DNA of 63,954 nt, counting the filler, from Octopus bimaculoides (taxonomy: Eukaryota), in the NCBI RefSeq assembly GCF_001194135.2. It is 6 parts of 4 records of this genome, joined end to end, with 100 filler letters (N's around TTAATTAATTAA, not from the genome) between each part and the next. Parts side by side here need not be neighbours in the genome. Positions count along the whole stretch, not along the records: positions 23,582 to 39,562 come from NC_068991.1; positions 39,663 to 53,381 come from NC_068982.1; 4 more parts are not named here. One strand, written 5' to 3'. This document shows positions 39,453-50,942 of the stretch, piece by piece (the first letter of the stretch is position 1; each line of letters begins with the position of its first letter). A program made the translations under genes and the position numbers. The notes below the pieces were generated by a model. That model was not told the DNA's origin, made no database searches, and saw only the letters and a program-made list of their open reading frames with translations.

Positions 39453-39671
39453 ATAAACCGGCCTTATCTAACATTAATATATACTGCTCAATAACTTAGT
39501 GTATGCCTCTTTTTTCGGAATTATGTTTACGGACTATAAATATATATATATATATATATATANNNNNNNNNNNNNNNNNNNNNNNNNNNNNNNNNNNNNN
39601 NNNNNNTTAATTAATTAANNNNNNNNNNNNNNNNNNNNNNNNNNNNNNNNNNNNNNNNNNNNACACACATT

Positions 39672-40205
39672 TATACGACAGGCTTCTTTTAGTTTACTTC
39701 TACCAAATCATTCCCAAGGCTTTGGTCGGCCCGAGGCTATAGTAGAAGACACTTGCCCAAGGTGCCACGCAGTGGGACTGGACTCGGAACTATGTGGCTG
39801 TTAAGCAAGCTACTTACCACACAGCCATTCCTACGCCTATAACTAATTACCCCACAGCCACTCCTACGCCTACAATAACTAATTAAAATACACTCCTTTA
39901 TTCTCTCGTACCCATTTCAAACGTAATACTTATTCTATTGGTCTTTCTTGCCAAACCGCTACGTTACATGGACGTAAACAACCCAAGAACAAGTGTTAAG
40001 CGGTGTGGGCAGAGAACAAACACGCGCGCGTGTACGCACACAAATTGTACTTGTTTCTTTCATTACATTACAGTCTACGGCCATGCTGGATCTCCGCTCT
40101 GAAAGAATTTAGTCAAACGAGTCAACCACAGTACTTACTTTTGTTTTTAAGCTTGGTAGTTGTTCTATCGCTCTCTTTCGCCGAACTGCAAGATTACATG
40201 AACGT
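39672..40205 (-). mobile_element. SINE B head half (39672-39840) and two 3' fragments
   Basis: CTATAGTAGAAGACACTTGCCCAAGGTGCCACGCAGTGGGACTG and GCCGAACTGC modules. Confidence 0.75.
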
Positions 40206-40228
40206 AAACACATACACACACATATATC

Positions 40229-40283
<55 letters not shown>

Positions 40284-40322
40284 CGTGTGTGTGTGTGTGT
40301 GTGTATATCATATCATATCGCG

Positions 40323-40367
<45 letters not shown>

Positions 40368-40530
40368 ACATATCGTATTACTGCTCTGTATTCGACTAAC
40401 GCTTCATTCAGAAGCATACGTATATTGAGTTATACACCAAGTTATTAGTATCGCAACGCGCAAGCGAACTGTTAAAACACATATATATATGCATACATAC
40501 ATACATACATACATCACAGACACACATAAA

Positions 40531-40583
<53 letters not shown>

Positions 40584-41459
40584 NNNNNNNNNNNNNNNNN
40601 NNNNNNNNNNNNNNNNNNNNNNNNNNNNNNNNNNNNNNNNNNNNNNNNNNNNNNNNNNNNNNNNNNNNNNNNNNNNNNNNNNNNNNNNNNNNNNNNNNNN
40701 NNNNNNNNNNNNNNNNNNNNNNNNNNNNNNNNNNNNNNNNNNNNNNNNNNNNNNNNNNNNNNNNNNNNNNNNNNNNNNNNNNNNNNNNNNNNNNNNNNNN
40801 NNNNNNNNNNNNNNNNNNNNNNNNNNNNNNNNNNNNNNNNNNNNNNNNNNNNNNNNNNNNNNNNNNNNNNNNNNNNNNNNNNNNNNNNNNNNNNNNNNNN
40901 NNNNNNNNNNNNNNNNNNNNNNNNNNNNNNNNNNNNNNNNNNNNNNNNNNNNNNNNNNNNNNNNNNNNNNNNNNNNNNNNNNNNNNNNNNNNNNNNNNNN
41001 NNNNNNNNNNNNNNNNNNNNNNNNNNNNNNNNNNNNNNNNNNNNNNNNNNNNNNNNNNNNNNNNNNNNNNNNNNNNNNNNNNNNNNNNNNNNNNNNNNNN
41101 NNNNNNNNNNNNNNNNNNNNNNNNNNNNNNNNNNNNNNNNNNNNNNNNNNNNNNNNNNNNNNNNNNNNNNNNNNNNNNNNNNNNNNNNNNNNNNNNNNNN
41201 NNNNNNNNNNNNNNNNNNNNNNNNNNNNNNNNNNNNNNNNNNNNNNNNNNNNNNNNNNNNNNNNNNNNNNNNNNNNNNNNNNNNNNNNNNNNNNNNNNNN
41301 NNNNNNNNNNNNNNNNNNNNNNNNNNNNNNNNNNNNNNNNNNNNNNNNNNNNNNNNNNNNNNNNNNNNNNNNNNNNNNNNNNNNNNNNNNNNNNNNNNNN
41401 NNNNNNNNNNNNNNNNNNNNNNNNNNNNNNNNNNNNNNNNNNNNNNNNTATATATATAC

Positions 41460-42196
41460 TATTGTGGAGGCAACACAGGCGAAGACTACATGAACATAAT
41501 TGAAATACGCATCCAAAACTTATATAAATACATATATTCTCTATAAAATGGAAGTAAAATTCCAAAATACACAAATATATATAAATAGAAATATCGATGC
41601 AATGCATAAAATACGATTGAATTTAAATAAAAACGATTGAATTTGAGAAAATATCATTTGTAAGTACATTTAAAATCGAACATTGTATGATGAAATTAAA
41701 AATTTAACTTGAAAGGATTAAGTATTAAAAAGACATATCTTACATTGCCACTGACGGTTGACCGGCCCTGGTATGTAGATGTATTTATGGACTTTGTGTA
41801 ACATCCTGATGAGGGGAATGCCATGATTAATAATATGAAATATGTCATATTCCTTGGCACATATCTGAAACAGCCCGTAGATGTGATGTCTATACTTTTC
41901 TTCCACTGGTTTTATTATGTCTTTTTAATACTTTATCCTTTGAAGTTAAATTTTTAATTTCATCATACAATGTACGATTTTAAATGTACATACAAATGAC
42001 ATTTTCTTAAATTCAATCATTTTTATTTAAATTCAATCGTGTTTTATGCATTGCATCGATATTGTCTATTTATATATATTTGTGTATTTTGGAATTTTAT
42101 TTCCATTCTATAGAGAATATATGTATTTATAAAAAAGTTTTGGATGCGTATTTCAATTATGTTCTTGCAGACTTCGCCTGTGTTGCTTCCATGATA
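41460..42196. repeat. Fold-back element: about 280-bp inverted arms, 180-bp spacer
   Basis: 41460-41736 is the reverse complement of 41917-42196 with scattered mismatches. Confidence 0.9.
41801..41884 (+). ncRNA. Hammerhead motif with long imperfect stem II, in the loop of a large palindrome
   Basis: ACATC CTGATGA ... GAAA CAGCCCG T A GATGT. Core and 5-bp stem I intact; stem II irregular. Confidence 0.55.
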
Positions 42197-42554
42197 ATAT
42201 TATTTCGAATATAGCTCACAACGAGCACTACATTTTCCTTCTGTATTAATGTGAGTTATTGTTAATAACAAGCTCCAATTAAACTATATATTTTATATAT
42301 ANNNNNNNNNNNNNNNNNNNNNNNNNNNNNNNNNNNNNNNNNNNNNNNNNNNNNNNNNNNNNNNNNNNNNNNNNNNNNNNNNNNNNNNNNNNNNNNNNNN
42401 NNNNNNNNNNNNNNNNNNNNNNNNNNNNNNNNNNNNNNNNNNNNNNNNNNNNNNNNNNNNNNNNNNNNNNNNNNNNNNNNNNNNNNNNNNNNNNNNNNNN
42501 NNNNNNNNNNNNNNNNNNNNNNNNNNNNNNNNNNNNNNNNNNNNNNNNNNNNCA

Positions 42555-42715
42555 CGACCGAGTTCTCACAGTTACCGTCTGCTAAATTCAGTCACAAAGT
42601 ATTAGTTGGTCCAGAGCTATAAATAGAAAGCAGTTGCCCAAGTTGTCGGTCATTTGGGTTTGAACCCAAAACCACGCGGTTAGAAAGCGAACTTCATCAC
42701 CGCACCACCATGCCA
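42555..42715 (-). mobile_element. SINE B head fragment, decayed
   Basis: GTTGCCCAAGTTGTC..TTTGAACCCAAAACCACGCGGTTAGAAAGC. Confidence 0.6.
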
Positions 42716-44424
42716 ATTTTCATTCTGGCAATTTATCCTTGTTATATTTTTCCAAATGAAGACTTTAAATCAACCACTAAAGTAAACCACTAAATTACAA
42801 GCCAACAAGAGAAGCTCTTACCTGGTCTGCCAGACTGCTAAAAATAGTAACCAATGATCTATAGTCATGACTAGCCTTTCGATAGCTCAGTATAATCATC
42901 AGTGTGAGCCACGTCTATTGATGATCGCACTATTTTTCTGACCGAACGGTTGACCCTGGTCATTGATCTGTTCTAGATTTCTCTGCCAAGCATCTTGTGC
43001 ACCTACCGTTGACTAGGTTGACAGTTCTTCCGCCAAGGTTTCACACCTGCTTTGCTGCTCCCCGTACAGATAACCAGAGCCCTGTTTGCCAGCTTGGGTT
43101 TAACATCAACCCGCCCGCCTTGGGTGACCCTGCCAGATTACCGGAGGCGATCTTCCTGTCCATGACCAGATCAGGAAAAAGTCTCTTTCATTGGACGGTA
43201 TAGCTTAATGAGGCAATCCCAGACTGTTGCCACCACCACACGAACTATGACGAAGGGCTGGAATTTGTGGTGATAACCACAAATATAGCAACCAAATCTA
43301 CTTCAAATCACGCACTTCTGTTTTAAAGAAGATATATAATTTATTTTTTGGATGCCCTACAATAAAAGACGTGTTAGTCGCGGCTGGAACACTCTTCATC
43401 ATACGTTGTTTCCATCAACACTACCCTGTAGTTCAAGAACAACGGCAACATCATTACAGAGAGGTAATGTTTATCCCGACTTTAACATGAATGTTCTGTT
43501 AGAACAAACTATACAGCGGGACTTACCACGAGAGAAACTCACCGTGGCTCGGTGCAAAATGCACTCTTGTTTATATCACTAATACATATTTATTAACATA
43601 ATTGTAGTACCAGCTAACCGAGGAGTCTTGCTGTGGTTATTTCATCTTCTATAATTACCACTAAATCTCCTTCAAAACTCACCCTATTATCTTGAACAAA
43701 TGATATAAAGCATAATGCAATCTTGAATGAATGAATAAATAAATAAATAAAATAAAATAAAGAAAAGGACGAGTTAGCTATAGCTGAAACGAAGGTGGAA
43801 CGTAGACTGACAAGGTATACATTGTAAACCTGTTCACTCAGGGATGACCAAAGAGCTAAACAAACAAAAATATAAGTCAAATGCGAGAGATTCCATGAGG
43901 TCACCTGATCTGCTAGAAATGGAAGCTAAATCTCTTTCATAGCACGCTAACCACCATAAAAGACGAAGGACATTATAGATGATACAGTAGAAGATATTAG
44001 TCCTACAGAATGGCCACGACTGAAATAATTTCGATCATGTCTACTTGATGAAAGCTGACCTGGAGTTAAACAACAATAAACAACACCAACAACAAACAAC
44101 ACTAACAAGCAACTACATTTATAAACCACTCTGCCAAAATAACCACCCATTTTAAATTCTCATTTATCCATTAATCAAAATTGTTGAATTAGACTACGAA
44201 AATAACCAACTAAATTAACTGCTTAATAAAGCTGAAATTAAGTCGTTAAAATAGACTACTACTATTACATGAAATTGCTAAATATAAATGATAAATTAAA
44301 CCAGTGTAAGTGCCATAGCTACAACATTTCTTGTATTCTTGTGAATATTCTAGATCCGTATTTCCTGCACTCGAAACCATCATTTTCATTCTTATCACTT
44401 ACTCTCTCTTTTCTTAATACTTTG

Positions 44425-44610
44425 TCTACTACAGGCACAAGGTCTAACATTTGGGAAGAGGAACTAGTCGATTACATCAACCCCAGTGCTCAAGCGGCAC
44501 TTATATCATCGACACCGAAAGAATGAAAAGCAAAGTCAACCTCGGCGGAATTTAAACTCAGAACGTAAAGACAGACAAATACCAACGATTCTGCCAGCTT
44601 TCCGCCGCCT
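44425..44610 (-). mobile_element. SINE family A
   Basis: Reverse-complement match to the family body. Confidence 0.8.
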
Positions 44611-45100
44611 CTCCATTCTTAATATCACGGGCCAAAGCAAGACTACCATCCTTTGGCTCTCATCATGAAGACTTGACTATATTACTTTAAAATCTCCTTA
44701 AACTATAACAACTTACATACCTCAACCATTCTTCTCAACTATTAATTGCTAAATATAATTAGTATGAAACAGAGTGATAGAAGTAATGACGCTTCTAACA
44801 TCCATTGGTGCACTCGCCAGATTCCATCTTCATGTAATGAATTTGTGGCAGTCAGACCAACAGAACATATTTCTTAAGTACTGCAAACTCTTAATGCAAA
44901 TTTGAACTGAAGGAAATGTATGTTCATGATGAAGTGCTCAAACAATGATCTGTATCACCACATAATACTTATTTAATTTATAGTTAGCTGAACACTTAGC
45001 CAGCGATTTCCTTGCATTATGCAATTTAAAAATATACAAATTTATAGGTATTTTATTTTGTTGGATGGCCGTTGACTGCTCATGAGTTCCTGCGCCCTTT

Positions 45101-45264
45101 TGGTATACATATAAGATTCCAGTACCTTGTGAGTAAGTTCCAATAGTATTTAAAATTGGTCATTCCAGGTATAGAATTTATACACAGTGTTATTGAATCG
45201 AGGGTTTTATTTAAATGGTTTTATTTAAAGTGACTTAAAATACTGGAATCTTATATGTATACCA
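45101..45264. repeat. Perfect 24-bp inverted repeat
   Basis: TGGTATACATATAAGATTCCAGTA (45101-45124) / TACTGGAATCTTATATGTATACCA (45241-45264). Confidence 0.85.
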
Positions 45265-45382
45265 TTCTGCCTAAATAACGGATCTACAGATGCAATATCT
45301 TACGTCTGTTTTCATTCCTCCACTTCACTCTCTACTTCATATCTTATCTAAAATAATTATTGCTTAACCATTTTCTCACACC

Positions 45383-45430
45383 GTCTCCGATGAAGGGATA
45401 TATAAAATATCCCGGAAACAGCTGTAAGAC
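45383..45430 (+). ncRNA. Hammerhead-like motif, U4C variant
   Basis: GTCT CCGATGA A-GGGATAT ATAAA ATATCCC-G GAAA CAGCTG T A AGAC; stem III palindrome ACAGCTGT. Confidence 0.55.
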
Positions 45431-45613
45431 CTTCTATCTATAAATGTTCTAAAATCTTTCACAGCCTTGGATTTTTATCTCATTCTGAATTTTTTTTTAT
45501 ATATATACACATGCTGATATATAATCTACGTTGGACTCCTCATTCGTATAAACTTGGAGTTTATAAATATAGTCTGTCTATAATACTTCCTCAGCATTAC
45601 GTGGCACCTTTAC

Positions 45614-45656
<43 letters not shown>

Positions 45657-45764
45657 AATATATGTGTGTGTGTGTGTGTGTGTGCGCGCGCTTTCTGTGT
45701 TAAATGAAGAAGCAATGACGAGTGATAATTCTATAAATAATAATAATAATAATGGTTTCAAAGT

Positions 45765-45964
45765 TTGGCAGAAGGCCAACAATTTCGGGTTAGGGGGATG
45801 AGGCGAATACGTCGACCCCAGTACTCAAATGGTACCTATTTTAACGACTCAGAAGGGATGAAAAGCAAAGTCAACCTCGGCAGAATTTGAACTCAGAACG
45901 TAAAGACGGACGAAATGCCGCTTGGCACTTTGGCGTGTTAACGATTCTGCCAGCTCGCCGCCTT
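45765..45964 (-). mobile_element. SINE family A
   Basis: Reverse-complement match including the head CTGCCAGCTCGCCGCC. Confidence 0.85.
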
Positions 45965-46230
45965 CTGTAAATGATAATGATAATTATGAACTTAAAGCTC
46001 ATAAGCGATCATCATGCATTGGCTAAAGAAAATTGTCTGATATTGGATCCAGTATACGGTGATCGTTTATAAGCGTTAAGCTTGTAATTATTATTATTAT
46101 TATTATTTACAGAATATATAGATATATATATATATAGGGGGGAGAATGTACGAAAAAACAACAACAGACGAGGACAGGTGGTGTAAATAACAAAAGGATG
46201 TATTAGTATGACGCTCGGGAATACGGAAAG

Positions 46231-46267
46231 TCTTTGACGTTTCGAGCTACGCTCTTCAACAGAAAGA
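46231..46267 (-). ncRNA. Hammerhead-like motif, A6U variant
   Basis: Minus strand TCTTT CTGTTGA A GAGC GTA GCTC GAAA CG T C AAAGA. Confidence 0.5.
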
Positions 46268-46398
46268 ATACGGAGACAAGGAGAAAAACACGGAGAAAAA
46301 AAAATGGAGAAAAAAAATTGAATAGTGTTCAATCAATGGTATCCCACCGTCTCTCCCGTTTTCACTCTCTCTCTGTCTCCCTCCCTTCCTCCCTCCCC

Positions 46399-46446
<48 letters not shown>

Positions 46447-46988
46447 GTCTGCCTGTTTGTTTCTGTCTGCCTGCAGCCTGTCTGTCAGTCTGTTTTTTCT
46501 GCACTCTGTATGAATATAGGTGTATGTATGCGAGTGTGTGCGCATGAGTGTGCGTGTGCGCGCGCAAACATGCATCACGCAAGCGTATATACATACATGC
46601 AGAAACACACACACAAACACATGCGAGTATTTGCGCGCGCGCGCGCGTGTGTGTGTATGAATATGCGTATATGCATGTGTGAATTCTATGTCTTCGTATA
46701 TTGGCGTAGAAGCATATGTTGCGTCATGTTACATCAGAATGTCCTTTATTCATTCAATAAATAAAGGTCGATAAAATAATTAACAGACTGAAATAAGTGC
46801 TGAAATAAGATATGATTGACTGAAATCCCTTGAAGGCGGTGTCACAACATGGGCGCGGTCAAAATTATTGACTCGAATAAAAAAACTTAATTGATGTACT
46901 CTCAGTCGACTCGATCCGTTAAACTCGATCCCTTCTTTCTTATCCAATATAGGAAATCATTAGTATTGTCTCTATTATTGTTATTATT

Positions 46989-47349
46989 GTTTTACTTCTC
47001 AGAGCGCTCGGTTTTGTTTGCTCTGGTAGATTTTGTGTGAACGGATAGCAGCCTGCTGTCAGAGCTCTCAGCGTCTTTTTCCGCACATTTATAAGCTTTG
47101 ATACTTGGTTGTTAATTATCGTGGAAGATATTAAAACATTCAAGTACCATTTTCAAAATCCTAGTTGTCCCCAGCAGAGCAGTTTTGGGGGCTTGCTCTG
47201 CTCTCGTGTCAATTCCGATTTCTCTGACATATTTCTCGAACTTGGCTGTTAGTGATCCGATTGCCCCTGCAACTACTGGAATCACAGACTCTCCTCATAG
47301 TCCACGTTCTGGCAATTTTTCTCTTTCAGTAGTCTGTACTCCAGCAATT

Positions 47350-47350
<1 letters not shown>
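46989..47350 (-). mobile_element. Second copy of the 3507-3869 RLE LINE 3' end
   Basis: Colinear similarity to 3507-3869 over about 360 bp; bounded by (ATT)n. Confidence 0.8.
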
Positions 47351-47408
<58 letters not shown>

Positions 47409-47960
47409 GAGTGAGAGAGCAGTGCATGCCATCGAAGTGACACTGGGGTAAAATATACGAAGCCCATTATACCCATCATGACTATCTGTCTGGTAAGGGT
47501 ACGTCAGGCACATGCATCACAATCATATGTGCGCAACATGGTGATTTCATATCAAGATAAACAGTGCATGACCTTGAAGGTGGGGGCCCAGCTAGAAGCT
47601 TCTTCAGGTCGAGTAGCCCATCCCGCTCAAAAGGTCCCTAAATAAGGGTTGTTTAAGGATATTAAACGAAACACCCATGTTTCCAAAGGTGAACTATCCA
47701 AACCCCCAAGAATTTCTCTCAACACATGGCTATGATGTTCCCCCACCAGTTCTGCTTGTGATCAGAGATGCACATATCGTCGGCCACTAAGGGACATGCT
47801 CAACTGGTTAAAGTTAAACAACTGACAAGCAAATCTGTGGGAATGAGCAGAATATTTGCTGTAGCCCACCTTTGATATCAAGACAAAACAGTGTAAATCC
47901 AATCAGTTAAGATCAGAAGCCATGAGAACCACTGCCTGGTATTGCACCAGGGCATTATCA
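47409..47960 (-). mobile_element. About 550-bp non-coding interspersed repeat embedded in (TAA)n, full copy
   Basis: Three copies in the window (47409, 48772, 60971); ATT repeats abut both ends; no ORF. Strand inferred from the tail. Confidence 0.8.
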
Positions 47961-48007
47961 CTATTATTATTGTTATTATTATTATTATTATTATTATTTT
48001 ATTTATT

Positions 48008-48684
48008 GTCTTTGCAAAGCTTCTAACGCTGGAGATGTACTACGGTGCCAGCTGTTCACTACTATTGAACTAATGTATAACCCTTATTTTTCGAGCACTA
48101 TCCGGTGTATTCGAGCGGATCCAAGCAGTGTTAACTTCTGTAAGTGCTCCACCCTCATTGCAACCCTTATTTGTTCCATGTACTTCTGAAGATTTTTACT
48201 CACTTTTCCCAGGGCTCCAACAATTATTGGTACTACTACCACCTTTTTCATCGACCACAACTGCTTAAACTCCCAAGCTAACCTGTCATATGTATCGACT
48301 TTTCTTTCTTCCTTATCGCATACGTTGTTTTCAGCTGGGCATGCTATATCTATGATTCAGTATCGTTTGCTTTCTTTCTCAATTAACACTATGTCTGGTT
48401 TCCTCTTCTCTTTCTCATGGTCGCACTGAATCATAAAATCCCATAGGATCTTTGCAATATCATTTCCGATAATGCCTTCGGGGTTTATTTATGTTTGTAC
48501 CACGTTTTGCTCTGTCAAGTCCATACTTGTTACAAAGTGTCCAATGGACAATCCTTACTACATTGTCATGATGCCTCTCATATTCTTTCTGGTCTAGTGG
48601 ATTACATTGACTGGTAATATGCCATACGATTACACCATTTTGTCCTCAAATTCTACACTTATCAGTTTCTATTGTGTTGTTTCT

Positions 48685-48686
<2 letters not shown>
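48008..48686 (-). mobile_element. 3' end of an RLE-type (R4/Dong-like) LINE
   Basis: Minus strand KCRI*G...WHITSQC (CCHC), RHHDNVVRIVHW, KILWDFMIQCD, RKPDIVLIEK, IIDIACP, VPIIVGALG, then 3' UTR and an (AAT)n tail. Confidence 0.88.
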
Positions 48687-48771
<85 letters not shown>

Positions 48772-48772
<1 letters not shown>

Positions 48773-49175
48773 GTGAGAGAGCAATGTATGCCATCAAAGT
48801 GATACTGGGGTAAACTATACGAAGCCCATTATACCCATCATGACTACCCGTCTTATAAAGGTACACCAGGCACATGCGTCACAACCATATGTGCACGACA
48901 TGGTGATCTTATATCAAGATAAACAGCGCATGACCTCGCAGGTGGGGCCCAGTTAGAATTTTCTTCAGGTTGAGTAGCCCATCCCGCTCAAAAGGTCCCT
49001 GAATAAGGTTTGTTTAAGGATGTTTAGCAAAACACCCATGTTACCAAAGGTGAATTATTCAAACCCCAAAGAATTCCTCTCAACACATGGCTATGATGCT
49101 CCCCACTACTTCTGCTCATGATTAGAGATGCCCATATCGTCAGCCACCAAGCTCAACTGGTTAAGGTCAAACAAC
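48772..49175 (-). mobile_element. Second copy of the 550-bp repeat, interrupted by a fold-back element
   Basis: Colinear with about 47409-47825; stops exactly where the 49176 inverted-repeat arm begins. Confidence 0.8.
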
Positions 49176-49875
49176 TTACATTACGTTTCGGTTTTTTGAA
49201 AAACCTTATCAAAAAGGTGTATAAAATATGTGAGAAGAGAAGAGGGCTATTAATAATAGAAACTAGTTTTATAGACACTTTTCCAAATTCCGATTTTGGC
49301 TTTTACGCAAAAACTTGTAGAGGTTTGATTATGTAGAGGATTATTAGAGAAAGAACCTTAACTGTTTCTTGCAGTAAATACATCTACAGCAGAATTTTTT
49401 CATGGACCCTTAAAATACTACTGTCGATGCCTAATTTACTATTTTGTTTACATAGACCTCCAAAAAGGCCTACATGACTCCTCCAGGGAACATATGAACC
49501 GTGGTTGAGACCAACTGATTTACAGTATGTAACAGGTAAGGGTTCAAGGGTCCATAGCTTTTCAATTTCTTGCAAGCGAAAAAGAGAAATAAAAAACGAA
49601 GAAATCTTCGAAGCGGAGTTGAGGATGCCTTCAAAGAATAGCTAGATACTACAGATAGTAGTAATTTACTATCGCAGCGAGTTGAAATTGCCGTACCTCC
49701 AGAACAGAACGAAAGGACCATGTGCGCATGCAAGAAATAACAGTAAACTATGAATGTTATTCTTAATTTTAATTTCAATTTTATTTTATTAATAGCCTTC
49801 TTCTCTTCTCACATATTTTATACTCATTTTTGATAAGGTTTTTCAAAAAAAAAAAAAACGAAACATGTAATGTAA
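49176..49875. repeat. Element with about 85-bp terminal inverted arms
   Basis: 49176-49257 versus 49786-49875. Confidence 0.8.
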
Positions 49876-50890
49876 ATTAATTAAAACACCCAATTTTTTT
49901 TAAAAAGTGGCGTTTTCATTTTTGTTTATCTTTAATATATATNNNNNNNNNNNNNNNNNNNNNNNNNNNNNNNNNNNNNNNNNNNNNNNNNNNNNNNNNN
50001 NNNNNNNNNNNNNNNNNNNNNNNNNNNNNNNNNNNNNNNNNNNNNNNNNNNNNNNNNNNNNNNNNNNNNNNNNNNNNNNNNNNNNNNNNNNNNNNNNNNN
50101 NNNNNNNNNNNNNNNNNNNNNNNNNNNNNNNNNNNNNNNNNNNNNNNNNNNNNNNNNNNNNNNNNNNNNNNNNNNNNNNNNNNNNNNNNNNNNNNNNNNN
50201 NNNNNNNNNNNNNNNNNNNNNNNNNNNNNNNNNNNNNNNNNNNNNNNNNNNNNNNNNNNNNNNNNNNNNNNNNNNNNNNNNNNNNNNNNNNNNNNNNNNN
50301 NNNNNNNNNNNNNNNNNNNNNNNNNNNNNNNNNNNNNNNNNNNNNNNNNNNNNNNNNNNNNNNNNNNNNNNNNNNNNNNNNNNNNNNNNNNNNNNNNNNN
50401 NNNNNNNNNNNNNNNNNNNNNNNNNNNNNNNNNNNNNNNNNNNNNNNNNNNNNNNNNNNNNNNNNNNNNNNNNNNNNNNNNNNNNNNNNNNNNNNNNNNN
50501 NNNNNNNNNNNNNNNNNNNNNNNNNNNNNNNNNNNNNNNNNNNNNNNNNNNNNNNNNNNNNNNNNNNNNNNNNNNNNNNNNNNNNNNNNNNNNNNNNNNN
50601 NNNNNNNNNNNNNNNNNNNNNNNNNNNNNNNNNNNNNNNNNNNNNNNNNNNNNNNNNNNNNNNNNNNNNNNNNNNNNNNNNNNNNNNNNNNNNNNNNNNN
50701 NNNNNNNNNNNNNNNNNNNNNNNNNNNNNNNNNNNNNNNNNNNNNNNNNNNNNNNNNNNNNNNNNNNNNNNNNNNNNNNNNNNNNNNNNNNNNNNNNNNN
50801 NNNNNNNNNNNNNNNNNNNNNNNNNNNNNNNNNNNNNNNNNNNNNNNNNNNNNNNNNNNNNNNNNNNNNNNNNNNNNNNNNNNNNNNNNN

Positions 50891-50942
<52 letters not shown>

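Larger units (their letters stand above)
37525..39471 (+). mobile_element. Penelope-like retroelement, 5'-truncated, with inverted pseudo-LTRs
   Basis: Inverted repeat 37525-37731 / 39217-39471 encloses a frameshifted RT plus GIY-YIG coding relic. Both repeats contain a hammerhead motif. Flanked by (TA)n on both sides. Confidence 0.9.

Noticed and set aside
42860-42908. Minus-strand CTGATGA...GAAA motif
   Set aside because: Stems I and II do not pair; at best a heavily decayed remnant.
43030-43115. Possible HDV-like ribozyme (TCCCCGT loop, partial P1/P3) in an RTE-like 5' region
   Set aside because: P3 is mismatched, and there is no GG for P1.1 and no convincing J4/2 or P2.
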